This document shows, piece by piece, positions 1 to 8,065 of a stretch of DNA of 32,000 bases. Location of the stretch: positions 218,883-250,882 of the forward strand of contig NZ_JPOS01000020.1 of assembly GCF_000759025.1 (NCBI RefSeq), read 5' to 3'. The notes beneath the pieces were generated by a model. The model saw nothing but the letters and a program-made list of their open reading frames with translations, did not search any database and was not told the origin of the DNA. The number at the start of each line of letters is the position of its first letter. Position 1 is the stretch's first letter. The translations under genes were made by a program, and so were the position numbers. Origin of the DNA: Phaeodactylibacter xiamenensis (lineage in GTDB: Bacteria > Bacteroidota > Bacteroidia > Chitinophagales > Saprospiraceae).

Positions 1-1
1 G

Positions 2-958
2 GTACACCGTGGAGTTGTGAACCTGCAGGGCACGTAGCTTGGGTACCTTCCCTTCTGAAAGCAGCTTTATAGAATCTTCTTCCACATCAGCACTCAGCAG
101 TACACGGAAGCGCGCGATGTCCTCCTTATAAATCTCCATAATGGATTCGTTGAGCCAGTTGGTGCCGAAACTGACTCTGGGACTGCGCTGCCGCATATGT
201 TCATTTGTGGTACGTACATCCAGGGCCTGCTGGAACAACGCAATACGGCTCTCATGCCACAAGCGCTTGCCGAAGACAATAGGCGAATTGGCAGCCACGG
301 CAATAACGGGGGCAGCCAGAACTTGCGAGATATTGTACAACGGTGCAAAGTTGTTGGGGCTTACCTGCAGGTGGACCTGGAAGCTGGTATTGCAAGCCTC
401 CAGCAGTGGAGAATTATGCCGCAGCAGCAGTTCGTCAATCCCCGAAAGCCGAAGCTCATAGGCACTGCCCTGCAGCTGAGAATTGATGGCCTCCATGAGT
501 GCATAGTAACGCTTTTTGGGCGTCAGGTTGTGCATCTCCAGGTCGTATTTGCGCAGCGTTGGCAGTATACCGGTCAGGATGAGCCGGGCTTTCATGTCCT
601 TTAGCCGGTCACTAATCTTGTCTAGTTTGCCGGCATTCTCTTTTTCCAGCTCGCTTAGGCAGTGCCCGGTGAACTCCCGCGGGTCGAGGTTGGTCTCCAG
701 GTTGAACTTCGCCAGCTCCGTCTCCACCCAGTCGTAGTCCTTCATGTGGTCGAGCGCCTCCATGGCAATTGTAGCCGGCTTGTAGGTTTTTCGGTGCACC
801 AGGCACATCTCCTGTTCCGCCCCGATACGGACGATGTCCTTTTCAAACCAGTCGTTGTCCAACATGTACTCCAATGCCTGTACATCCCGCAGCAGCTTCT
901 TAACAAACTGTTGCATAGATACTTCATCCTGTACCAGAGAGACTCTTTGCTCGCCCAT
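2..958 (-). CDS. Carboxylate-amine ligase / glutamate-cysteine ligase family 2 (GCS2)-like protein. N-terminal 319 codons only; the 3' end runs off the window.
   Basis: This edge ORF is absent from the supplied track. I read + strand triplets 2-4 through 956-958 and found no TTA, CTA or TCA, so the minus frame is open from ATG (958-956) to the window edge. The translation MGEQRVSLVQDEVSMQQFVKKLL..RIGAEQEMCLV..NTSFQVHLQV..VAANSPIVFGKRLWHESRIALFQQ has the GxExE / HxH / SP..G....SR spacing I associate with YbdK-type GCS2 enzymes. The track ORFs in 94-1030 are shorter alternative-frame shadows. Confidence 0.5.
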   Translation of the reverse strand, partial: MGEQRVSLVQDEVSMQQFVKKLLRDVQALEYMLDNDWFEKDIVRIGAEQEMCLVHRKTYKPATIAMEALDHMKDYDWVETELAKFNLETNLDPREFTGHCLSELEKENAGKLDKISDRLKDMKARLILTGILPTLRKYDLEMHNLTPKKRYYALMEAINSQLQGSAYELRLSGIDELLLRHNSPLLEACNTSFQVHLQVSPNNFAPLYNISQVLAAPVIAVAANSPIVFGKRLWHESRIALFQQALDVRTTNEHMRQRSPRVSFGTNWLNESIMEIYKEDIARFRVLLSADVEEDSIKLLSEGKVPKLRALQVHNSTVY

Positions 959-1111
959 AAGTGTGTCGTTTTGTTCAACTGCTTAAATATAGTTGATAAT
1001 TGGAAAGGCAAGCATAAATTTAGTTTTTAATTTTGCTTGCCCGGGCGGCGTGAAAAAAGAGCAATCTTTAAGATGTCCCACGCACACAATCTTTCCGGGC
1101 ATTCGGTTGTT

Positions 1112-1648
1112 ATGAACATTATGAAGCAATTGGTTTACATCTTCCTCACAGTGCTCATCTTCGCTGCCTGCCGCCGTGATAACCGGCAGCCGTTGTTTGA
1201 TTTGGCTTACCCGAATTTCCGCTTCACCATTCAAGCCGGTGAAAGCCCTGTGCTTCCGGGGGCTTACGCCATTCGCGGGGTGGCTACCAATATTAACTTC
1301 TTCCTCAACCAGAACAATACGGATACCTCGGCGATTTCTGAGGTGAGTGCCTACTCGGCAACCCTTCGGTGCCTGGATGGGTTTGATTATGTCTTTATGG
1401 AGGGGGTCTCGGTACGCATATGTGAAGATGGGACAGAAAACTGTACCCCTGCCGATGAAGTCTTCTACATCGATCAGCTGCAACGCTACCCTGAAGATGA
1501 CCGCATTGACCTGCTGCCCGGGCTGCGGAATGCCAAGCGGGATTTGTTCCGGGAGAGTGTCCGGCTGGAAATTGTTGTCTTCTTTGCCTATTCTCCACCT
1601 GCCAACTATGCTTCGCAACTGGATATGGTCTTCAGGGCCTACCGGTAA
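1112..1648 (+). CDS. Hypothetical lipoprotein
   Basis: Track ORF 1037-1648. An internal ATG at 1112 (or 1121) gives MNIMKQLVYIFLTVLIFAAC, a signal peptide with a lipobox-like FAAC. I recognise no family. The antisense ORF 983-1618 lacks any such features. Confidence 0.55.
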   Translation: MNIMKQLVYIFLTVLIFAACRRDNRQPLFDLAYPNFRFTIQAGESPVLPGAYAIRGVATNINFFLNQNNTDTSAISEVSAYSATLRCLDGFDYVFMEGVSVRICEDGTENCTPADEVFYIDQLQRYPEDDRIDLLPGLRNAKRDLFRESVRLEIVVFFAYSPPANYASQLDMVFRAYR

Positions 1649-4162
1649 TTAGAAGTAAAAAGCCACACCGCCCCTCAACCCAAAACGCCTTGCCTGTGGG
1701 TTATCAAGGTAGTTTAGTCGCCATACGGCTTCAATTTGGAAGACCTTCAGGATATTCTCAATGCCCACACTGGCCTCCATGTAGGGATGTTGGCTCGGTG
1801 CCCGGAAGCCCGGATAGGTGTTGACATCGGTAGGCTCGAAGAGGTTGAGCCGGTTGACATCGCGGTTGGCATTGGAGAGGCGGCCCATCACCGCTTTGAA
1901 GGTCGCGTAGGAACGGAATTTAAGCTTTCGCAAAAGCGGGATGTGGTTCAGGAAGAACCCATCGAAGTGGTGTTCCAGCATCAGGCTGGCGTAGGTATCG
2001 CTGGCAAACTCATACCGCGTCATCATATTGAAAATGCTGCGCCCCACCAGATAGCCCTCATTGCCGGGATGGACTTCCATCAACAGGAAGGGAACGTTGC
2101 CAAAAACTTTGCCGGCCCGTATGCGGTAGGACATCCAGCCTACAGGGTTCATATAAAAGTAGTGCCGGTAACTCAGGTTGAGCTTATGGTAGGTGTACTG
2201 CCCGCCGAGCAGGTCATCGACGCCCAGGGTATACTGGAATTCAATAATGGGGTGCTTGGATCCAAAGCTGTTGCGGCTGAAGTCTCCGTCCACAATCATC
2301 TCATCCTTGACGTACCGGGTTTTGAAAATGATCTCCGTTGTGCGGATGGTCGTATCAATATCCGTCAATCGGCCCGGGTCCGATAAGTAAGCAAAGTTGA
2401 AGCCGCGCCCGTCGGGAAAAATACCGCCGTAGGGGTCCATTTCCCGATGCAGGAAGGTGACGCGGTTGGACAAGCCGTTTTTCCAAAAGCGCTCGTAGTA
2501 GACCTTGCCCTCTCTTACACGCATCAACTTCATAAGCAGGTCACGCCTGAAAAGCCCGGAAAACAAATCGCCCTGCACAAATTCCTCACTATTCTCGCTG
2601 TTGAGGCTGATGTCGTTTACGTAAGCCAGGCCGGCAGTGGTCCTGGGCTTGCGGCTCATAATCCAATCCACATTGCCCCCGTATTTGAATTGCTGGTCCT
2701 GAAGCCCGTAGGCCAGGAAGCCACCAAGCCGTAGGTTTTCACTGAATAGCCGTGTAGTCCGCCCCCCAATACTGAAGCGGTCGCCTTCCACCGGATTGAA
2801 GCTGTAGAGGGAGGAATAGGGCCCGATTTCCACTTTGCCAATTTGCAGGTAGCCGACGAAGACAGTCTCCAGGACTTCCACATAGGTCTTGAACAAAGGC
2901 ATATTCTGAATGCTGTCCACCATGGTGTAGACCTGCTGTTCCGTTTTGGAAAGCGGCTCGTGGCGGGCAGCCTGCCAGAAGGAGTCATTCTCTACCTTGA
3001 CTTCATCGAGCAGGTAAAATTCTTCCTTTTCAATGTAATCCTGTTTGGTGCCGACCTGGTTGAGGCGCATGTTTTTGAAGGTCTCGGTCCGCCGGGCGAT
3101 CATCCCGGGCGCATTTTCGGCGGGGGAAAAGTCGACCACCATCTTTTTCTTGACCGGCACCCAGTTGGGTACCTCCCCTTTTGGCTCGTATTCTTCGTGT
3201 ATGATGATGCGGCTGACCAGGTTGATGTTGGCATCGGGCGTCATCCGCATATTGGCACGCTGTACCGCAAAGGTGGAATCTGCCACCCAAAAGTCGCCGT
3301 AAAAAGTTGGCTCCTGCTTGCGCTTGGGCTTAAACTTTAACTGATGGCTCCAGTACCCATTGACCATGGCGCTGTCGATGATGTAGTACTCGTAGTAGTT
3401 GAGCCCCGATTTGGAAAAAGGGCTGGCGAAGGGTTTGTCCAGCACGTAAACCCAGTCATCGTAAATACTGTACTCCAGGTGGATGCGCTTGATGTATTCG
3501 ATGACAGTCTGATTGTTAGTGCCGGTAGCGCGTTGTGCTTTGATAATGCGTTTGGGCTGGCCCGCATCCTTCACATACAGCACATCGGAGAGGACCTCAT
3601 TGATGTAAATCGGCAGGAAGGGCTTCTCATCCGAAGTGCTGTCGATATTCTCGAAGATGAAGTCGAAAGGCTTGAGGAGCTTCTTGTTGCGCAGCTCTGC
3701 GTCTATGTTTTCCAGGTCCAGCTCAATTTTAGCGTAGCTTTCGTAGGCGTAGGACTCCCGGGCGCTCATGCGGGTTTCCGGTTTGTTGTCAATAATGCCC
3801 TTCACAATGGCATTGGCCGGATTTTCCCCGGCAATGACCACCACCTCGTTGAGGGTCAGGCTGGAGCCGCCAAGGTAGAAGTTGATCTCCTGCTCTGCGA
3901 GGTCCGGCAGCACGGGCTTACGCACCACATTATAACCGATGGCGCTCGCGCTCAGGCTGTCTCCGGGCTCCTTGACCGTAAGTTCATAGTAACCATCCAC
4001 ATCCGTAGAGGTGCCTTTGGTGGTGCCTTCGAAAAATACGTTGCTAAAAGGTACGCCCTCCTTGGTATCCTGATCGATCACCCGGCCACGCAGCGTCACC
4101 TGCCCCAGGAGTGGAGCGGCTGTAAGCAGTAGCAGTAGGATAAATATTGGACTTTTCATCAT
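1649..4162 (-). CDS. Carboxypeptidase-regulatory-like domain / DUF5686-type large outer-membrane-associated protein
   Basis: 837-aa ORF. It has an N-terminal signal peptide (MMKSPIFILLLLLTAAPLLGQ) followed by VTLRGRVIDQDTKEGVPFSNVFFEGTTKGTSTDVDGYYELTV, a typical CarboxypepD_reg beta-sandwich. The long C-terminal region ends in an aromatic residue (..GVAFYF), as in Bacteroidota DUF5686 proteins. Its stop codon abuts the stop of the convergent gene at 1648/1649. Confidence 0.75.
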   Translation of the reverse strand: MMKSPIFILLLLLTAAPLLGQVTLRGRVIDQDTKEGVPFSNVFFEGTTKGTSTDVDGYYELTVKEPGDSLSASAIGYNVVRKPVLPDLAEQEINFYLGGSSLTLNEVVVIAGENPANAIVKGIIDNKPETRMSARESYAYESYAKIELDLENIDAELRNKKLLKPFDFIFENIDSTSDEKPFLPIYINEVLSDVLYVKDAGQPKRIIKAQRATGTNNQTVIEYIKRIHLEYSIYDDWVYVLDKPFASPFSKSGLNYYEYYIIDSAMVNGYWSHQLKFKPKRKQEPTFYGDFWVADSTFAVQRANMRMTPDANINLVSRIIIHEEYEPKGEVPNWVPVKKKMVVDFSPAENAPGMIARRTETFKNMRLNQVGTKQDYIEKEEFYLLDEVKVENDSFWQAARHEPLSKTEQQVYTMVDSIQNMPLFKTYVEVLETVFVGYLQIGKVEIGPYSSLYSFNPVEGDRFSIGGRTTRLFSENLRLGGFLAYGLQDQQFKYGGNVDWIMSRKPRTTAGLAYVNDISLNSENSEEFVQGDLFSGLFRRDLLMKLMRVREGKVYYERFWKNGLSNRVTFLHREMDPYGGIFPDGRGFNFAYLSDPGRLTDIDTTIRTTEIIFKTRYVKDEMIVDGDFSRNSFGSKHPIIEFQYTLGVDDLLGGQYTYHKLNLSYRHYFYMNPVGWMSYRIRAGKVFGNVPFLLMEVHPGNEGYLVGRSIFNMMTRYEFASDTYASLMLEHHFDGFFLNHIPLLRKLKFRSYATFKAVMGRLSNANRDVNRLNLFEPTDVNTYPGFRAPSQHPYMEASVGIENILKVFQIEAVWRLNYLDNPQARRFGLRGGVAFYF

Positions 4163-4214
4163 CTCTTGGACGTAAGCTATATCTTTGTGGCCACTAATTC
4201 AACTCTTCGCGATA

Positions 4215-4820
4215 ATGTTATTGCCCTTTTTCGACAAAAATCAGATTGAAGCAGGCTGCGATGAAGCCGGGCGCGGCTGTCTTGCCGGGCCGGTCTTTGC
4301 AGCTGCTGTGATTTTACCAACAGATTTTGAGCACCCGTTGCTCAATGATTCCAAACAATTGTCAGAAAAACAGCGGTACGAAGCGCGTAAAATCGTCGAA
4401 GCCGAAGCCATTGCATGGGCTGTAGCGCAGGTGGCCCCAAAAGAAATCGATGAGATCAATATTCTCAACGCCTCCTTCCTGGCTATGCACCGGGCCATCG
4501 CTCAACTCGACCCCATACCGGAATGCCTGCTCATCGACGGCAACCGCTTCAAGCCTTATCAGGACCTGCCCCACCACTGCATCATCAAGGGGGATGGAAA
4601 GTACCTGTCGATCGCTGCCGCCTCCGTACTGGCCAAAACCTACCGCGACGACTATATGATGCAGATTCACGAAATGCACCCCCACTACGACTGGCACAAA
4701 AACAAAGGCTACCCCACCAAAGCACATCGGGCGGCTATACAGGCGCACGGGGCTACGCCACACCACCGGCAGTCGTTCCGCCTGCTGCCTAATGCGGAGC
4801 AGGGGCGGCTTTGGGCGTAG
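4215..4820 (+). CDS. rnhB: Ribonuclease HII
   Basis: [55 protein letters not shown] matches RNase HII catalytic motifs. The track ORF begins at a TTG (4185). ATG 4215 ([10 protein letters not shown]) is the more likely start. Confidence 0.9.
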   Translation: MLLPFFDKNQIEAGCDEAGRGCLAGPVFAAAVILPTDFEHPLLNDSKQLSEKQRYEARKIVEAEAIAWAVAQVAPKEIDEINILNASFLAMHRAIAQLDPIPECLLIDGNRFKPYQDLPHHCIIKGDGKYLSIAAASVLAKTYRDDYMMQIHEMHPHYDWHKNKGYPTKAHRAAIQAHGATPHHRQSFRLLPNAEQGRLWA

Positions 4821-4951
4821 GGTTTTGGTTGATTTCAGGGTAGCATGAGGTAACGTAGTATTTTGTCTTAGGCTGGAGCCAAAGGTTTAGGGCATTGCAT
4901 TGCAAAGCTTGAGGCACTATGCTCCGCTTCAATGCACCCAACTCCAGGCGC

Positions 4952-5060
4952 AACTTTCCCCCTCTGGAGGGGGGCAGGGGGAGGAACTTTCCCCCTCTGG
5001 CCGCTTTCGCTCAGTTGCTACAGCGCCGGGACAAGAGTGGGTAAGGGGGAGGAACTTTCC
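4952..5060. repeat. Short imperfect direct repeats, (GGGGGAGG)AACTTTCC(CCCTCTGG), three copies, with a small CCCCCT/AGGGGG hairpin
   Basis: AACTTTCCCCCTCTGG occurs at 4952-4967 and 4985-5000. GGGGGAGGAACTTTCC occurs at 4977-4992 and 5045-5060. The site is the intergenic region at the rnhB-proximal edge of the island. Confidence 0.6.
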
Positions 5061-5184
5061 TGAAAAAGGTTGACTTCCATAATTTACTCCAGAGCAGACT
5101 ATCCAAATAATCATCAGCCTCCCAATTTATAAATTAACAATGCTGATTCGTATATTTACACTCCAAGCACCAATCCACCATGAT

Positions 5185-7038
5185 ATGCCCCACTTAAGAT
5201 TACTGTTTTTTATCCTTTTACTGGCTAGCCTTTCCGATGGCCTACGCGCTCAGGCTACAGGCAACAACTACGCCCACTTCTTCTATGTCACCGACTTCCA
5301 GCCCGGTTGGGAAGACCTGCCGGAAACCGGGCGTGAAGCCCGCAATATTGGTCAGGTACTGGAAAGTGACTACAACTTCACCGTGCAGTACCACCGGGAG
5401 GTGGAAAAAGCAGACATCCTCCAGAAGATCGCCGAGATCAACAGCCGCAAATACGGCAAAAACGATCAGGTACTCTTCTTTTTCTCCATGCACGGCCACT
5501 TCGACAAATCCGCCGACCGCGGCTACCTCGTACCGGCAGATGGCAAAATACCCCGCCTTGACGCCTACGGGCAAACCTGGCTCAGCTACGACGACCTCGG
5601 CAGCTACATCACGAAAAATCCTGCCGAGCATGTCCTCCTCGCTCTTGATGCCTGCTACTCCGGTGCTTTTGGCGACCGCTACAAGGGCGCACCCGATGCC
5701 CTGCCCTGGGAAGGTGCAGGCGATTGTCAGCAGAAAGCCCAGTTAGCCCTGCAGCACGACAGCCGGCTGTACTTTTCCTCCGGCAGCCGGGAACAGCGCA
5801 CCCCAGCCAATTCCCTCTTCGCCAAAAAATGGCTGGAAGCCCTGCGCAACGGCGCCCGCACCGGTTTGGTCACCTCCCGCGACCTGCGCTACTACCTGGG
5901 CGGTATTTCCTACCCCACGCCCGAGGGCGGCTCTTTTACCAGCCGGCACGAGGCGGGCGGGGATTTTGTGTTTCTGCACCGCTCAGCTTGCCAGGGTAGC
6001 AACAGCAGTGATGGTACAGATGCCGCAGAGGAGCAGCTATGGGCACAGGCGCAGCGCCTGAAGACCAAGGAAGCCTACGCCTTTTACCTGCAAGCCTACC
6101 CCAATGGCCGCTACCGGGCGCAGGCGGAGGCGAAGATTAAAGTCTTTGAGCAGGGCGAGACTATAACGCCCTCCTCTACCACCCGCCGGCGCGACCTTCC
6201 GGATATGCTCTTCGTGGAAGGGGGGACTTTTCAGATGGGGAGCTCGGATAGTGATGCCGGCAGCGATGAAAAGCCGCATACGGTCACGGTGGATGACTTT
6301 TACCTGCATCGTTTTGAGGTGACGAATTCGGAGTTTGCCGAGTTTCTCAATGCCAAAGGGCGGCACGAATACAATGGAGCAGAATGGTACGATTTGGATG
6401 ACGAAGATGCCCGAATAGAGCAACGCAGCGGCACTTATACTACGAAAGGAAGCTATGGTAAACACCCGGTAACAGAGGTGACCTGGTACGGCGCAGTAGC
6501 TTACTGCAACTGGAAAAGTGAAGCATTGAACCTTCAGCCCGTGTACCGGATCAGCGGTACGAACGTAAGCGCGGACTGGAACGCGGATGGCTACCGCCTG
6601 CCTACGGAGGCGGAGTGGGAGTTTGCGGCGCGTAGCCGGGGAAAAGATTACAAGTATGCATGGGGTAATGGGAAACCCAATGGAAATATAGCAGATGAAA
6701 GTGCCAAAAAAGAGAATTCCGGATGGACTATTTGGGAAGGATACGATGACGGATATCCAGGTACGGCTCCTGTAGGAATGTTCGAGCAAGGTACACTAGG
6801 CTTTTCAGATTTATCCGGCAATGTCTGGGAGTGGTGTTGGGACTGGTACGATAGTGATTATTATAAAAACAGTCCCAGTCGTAACCCCCGTGGCCCCAGT
6901 ACGGGCTCTGGCCGGGTTCTACGGGGCGGCTCCTGGGGCCTCTTACCAGCCTTTCTGCGTTGTGCTTTTCGTTACTACTCCGCCCCCGGCCTTAGTAGCA
7001 ACTTCATAGGGTTTCGCCTCAGCAGGGCAGGTCGTTAG
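5185..7038 (+). CDS. DGR target protein 1: secreted caspase-like (peptidase C14) domain fused to an FGE-sulfatase / C-type-lectin-fold variable domain
   Basis: Signal peptide MPHLRLLFFILLLASLSDGLRAQA from ATG 5185. The caspase-type His/Cys dyad context is present (VLFFFSMHGH.. and LLALDACYSGAF). The C-terminal FGE-sulfatase motifs are FVEGGTFQMGS, HPVTEVTWYGAVAYCNW, YRLPTEAEWEFAARS, GNVWEWCWDWY, RGGSW..RCAFR..IGFRL. The last ~41 codons are VR1. Confidence 0.85.
   Translation: MPHLRLLFFILLLASLSDGLRAQATGNNYAHFFYVTDFQPGWEDLPETGREARNIGQVLESDYNFTVQYHREVEKADILQKIAEINSRKYGKNDQVLFFFSMHGHFDKSADRGYLVPADGKIPRLDAYGQTWLSYDDLGSYITKNPAEHVLLALDACYSGAFGDRYKGAPDALPWEGAGDCQQKAQLALQHDSRLYFSSGSREQRTPANSLFAKKWLEALRNGARTGLVTSRDLRYYLGGISYPTPEGGSFTSRHEAGGDFVFLHRSACQGSNSSDGTDAAEEQLWAQAQRLKTKEAYAFYLQAYPNGRYRAQAEAKIKVFEQGETITPSSTTRRRDLPDMLFVEGGTFQMGSSDSDAGSDEKPHTVTVDDFYLHRFEVTNSEFAEFLNAKGRHEYNGAEWYDLDDEDARIEQRSGTYTTKGSYGKHPVTEVTWYGAVAYCNWKSEALNLQPVYRISGTNVSADWNADGYRLPTEAEWEFAARSRGKDYKYAWGNGKPNGNIADESAKKENSGWTIWEGYDDGYPGTAPVGMFEQGTLGFSDLSGNVWEWCWDWYDSDYYKNSPSRNPRGPSTGSGRVLRGGSWGLLPAFLRCAFRYYSAPGLSSNFIGFRLSRAGR
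6902..7025 (+). repeat. DGR variable repeat 1 (VR1)
   Basis: Gapless alignment to TR 9051-9174. All 26 mismatches I counted lie at TR adenines, and every TR C/G/T position is identical. VR1 encodes GSGRVLRGGSWGLLPAFLRCAFRYYSAPGLSSNFIGFRLSR. Confidence 0.9.
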
Positions 7039-7050
7039 GTTTTAGTCTTT

Positions 7051-7296
7051 TTATTTTTTTACAGATTCCCTTAGGAGGGGCATGGCTCGTACGAGCCATG
7101 CCCCTCTTTCTATATATGGCCTATATGCACCAGCATATATAAGAGTGAAATGCATAAGGATATATTGAAAATTGGCACGGTATTTTCAGGAGTATAGGCG
7201 TATATATAGTCAGCATATATGGAATTACGAATCTTTACACTGCCGTTTGATGAGGTTTCGGAAGGTTTTCCGGATGAGATTATCACGCAGTTTTGC
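7051..7296 (+). repeat. Copy 1 of a ~245-bp duplicated post-VR segment (hairpin, AT-rich leader, 5' end of the HRDC gene)
   Basis: It aligns by eye at roughly 85-90% identity to 12991-13235. Shared pieces are TTAYTTTTTTACA, the GC hairpin, TATATATGGCCTATATGCAYCAGCATATATAA, CAGGAGTATAGGC, and ATGGAATTACGAATCTTYACACTG..GATGAGGTTTCGGAAGG..GAGATTATCACGCAG. Confidence 0.8.
7075..7106 (+). terminator. Perfect 14-bp GC-rich hairpin (loop GTAC), 50 nt downstream of VR1. Either a terminator of target 1 or a DGR target-site hairpin.
   Basis: GAGGGGCATGGCTC (7075-7088), GTAC, GAGCCATGCCCCTC (7093-7106). A homologous hairpin occurs downstream of VR2 at 13014-13043. Confidence 0.6.
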
Positions 7297-7710
7297 CAGA
7301 ATAAGAAGGTGTACAGCATGAAAACGCACTTTTTTGAAGAGGAAGGCCGGCACTTTTGGTCCGTTGCCGTGCAGTATGAAGTGGTGCTAAAGGGAGAAGA
7401 TAAAATACGGGCATTGGATGATGCGCAACAGCTGCTTTATGAGCGGCTCCGAGAATGGCGTAAGCAATACGCTGGAGATTTAGGTATCCCCGTATACCTG
7501 ATCGCTACAAATGCGCAGTTTTTGCAAATGATAAAGATGAAATGCAGAACGCTGGAGAGCTTAAAGCAAATAAAGGGTTTTGGCAGAAAACGGCTAACAA
7601 AATACGGAGCGCATATTACCAATATCATTAAAGACTTCTATGAGCGGGGCAAGCAGGTGCAATCCGAACAGGAAGCTGCTGGCAAAATAGATGATTTACC
7701 TTTTTCTTAA
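7219..7710 (+). CDS. HRDC-domain DGR accessory protein
   Basis: The C-terminal half, LYERLREWRKQYAGDLGIPVYLIATNAQFLQMIKMKCRTLESLKQIKGFGRKRLTKYGAHITNII, follows the RecQ/RNase D HRDC pattern (LR.wR...A...g.P.y.I.....L..m....P....eL..I.G.G..k...yG). It lies immediately upstream of avd and the RT. Confidence 0.8.
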   Translation: MELRIFTLPFDEVSEGFPDEIITQFCQNKKVYSMKTHFFEEEGRHFWSVAVQYEVVLKGEDKIRALDDAQQLLYERLREWRKQYAGDLGIPVYLIATNAQFLQMIKMKCRTLESLKQIKGFGRKRLTKYGAHITNIIKDFYERGKQVQSEQEAAGKIDDLPFS

Positions 7711-7720
7711 ACTCACACTC

Positions 7721-8065
7721 ATGGCACAACCTCAGGATTATCCGTTATTCAACCATTGGTATCAGACGACTGATTGGCTTTTGGAGCGCTGTGAGCGAAT
7801 GCCCAAACATACTCGCTTTACGGTGAGTGGGCGAATGGCCAATCTGGCGCTCGATACGGTAGAATTATTGCTCGAAGCTATTTATTCCCGCGAGCGTAAA
7901 GAGTTGATTAAAAAGATCAACATGAAGCTGGAAAAACTGCGGTTTTTCAACCGCCTCTGTAAGGACCGCTCGTATTTGAGTGTGACCCAATATGAGTTTT
8001 TGGCACGAGCCATCAATGAGTCCGGCAAAATGTGCGGCGCATGGGCAAAAAGTAGTCCGTCATGA
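7721..8065 (+). CDS. avd: Accessory variability determinant (Avd)-like four-helix-bundle protein
   Basis: 114 aa from ATG 7721: MAQPQDYPLFNHWYQTTDWLLERCERMPKHTRFTVSGRMANLALDTVELLLEAIYSRERKELIKKINMKLEKLRFFNRLCKDRSYLSVTQYEFLARAINESGKMCGAWAKS. Its size, predicted helicity, the P(K)xxRF motif, the basic patches, and translational coupling to the RT (ATGA overlap) all fit DGR Avd proteins. Confidence 0.75.
   Translation: MAQPQDYPLFNHWYQTTDWLLERCERMPKHTRFTVSGRMANLALDTVELLLEAIYSRERKELIKKINMKLEKLRFFNRLCKDRSYLSVTQYEFLARAINESGKMCGAWAKSSPS

Noticed and set aside
94-1030. Seven short track ORFs on both strands (94-348, 141-461, 197-604, 516-737, 612-806, 662-1030, 742-1011)
   Set aside because: All sit within a single uninterrupted minus-strand frame (2-958) that has recognisable enzyme motifs. 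They are alternative-frame artefacts.
983-1618. A 211-aa minus-strand ORF overlapping the lipoprotein gene
   Set aside because: The + strand ORF has a convincing signal peptide and lipobox and fits the convergent gene arrangement. The minus ORF has no features and would overlap the upstream gene's promoter region.
4929-5114. A 61-aa minus ORF, and a possible CRISPR-like or REP-like array, in the rnhB-target 1 intergenic region
   Set aside because: There are only three short (16-nt) imperfect repeat copies with irregular spacing of 17-50 nt, and no cas genes, so this is not a CRISPR array. The ORF product (..PEGESSSPCPPPEGES..) is simply the repeat translated.
6037-6789. A 250-aa minus-strand ORF inside target 1, and its counterpart 11835-12404 inside target 2
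   Set aside because: Both are antisense shadows of the FGE-sulfatase domain. They are 'conserved' between the two loci only because the sense genes are paralogs. They have no start context or recognisable domains.
7110-7319. Minus-strand ORF 7110-7319 and its counterpart 13047-13361, which share the ending ..ML(V/M)HIGHI. Also a tiny conserved + strand uORF, ATGGCCTATATGCA(C/T)CAGCATATATAA (MAYMHQHI).
   Set aside because: The minus ORFs exist only because the AT-rich leader is duplicated. They run antisense into the HRDC start. The 8-codon uORF is conserved with one synonymous change, but it coincides with a palindrome (TATATGC-N4-GCATATA). Conservation of structure cannot be separated from conservation of coding, and the ORF is too short to call.
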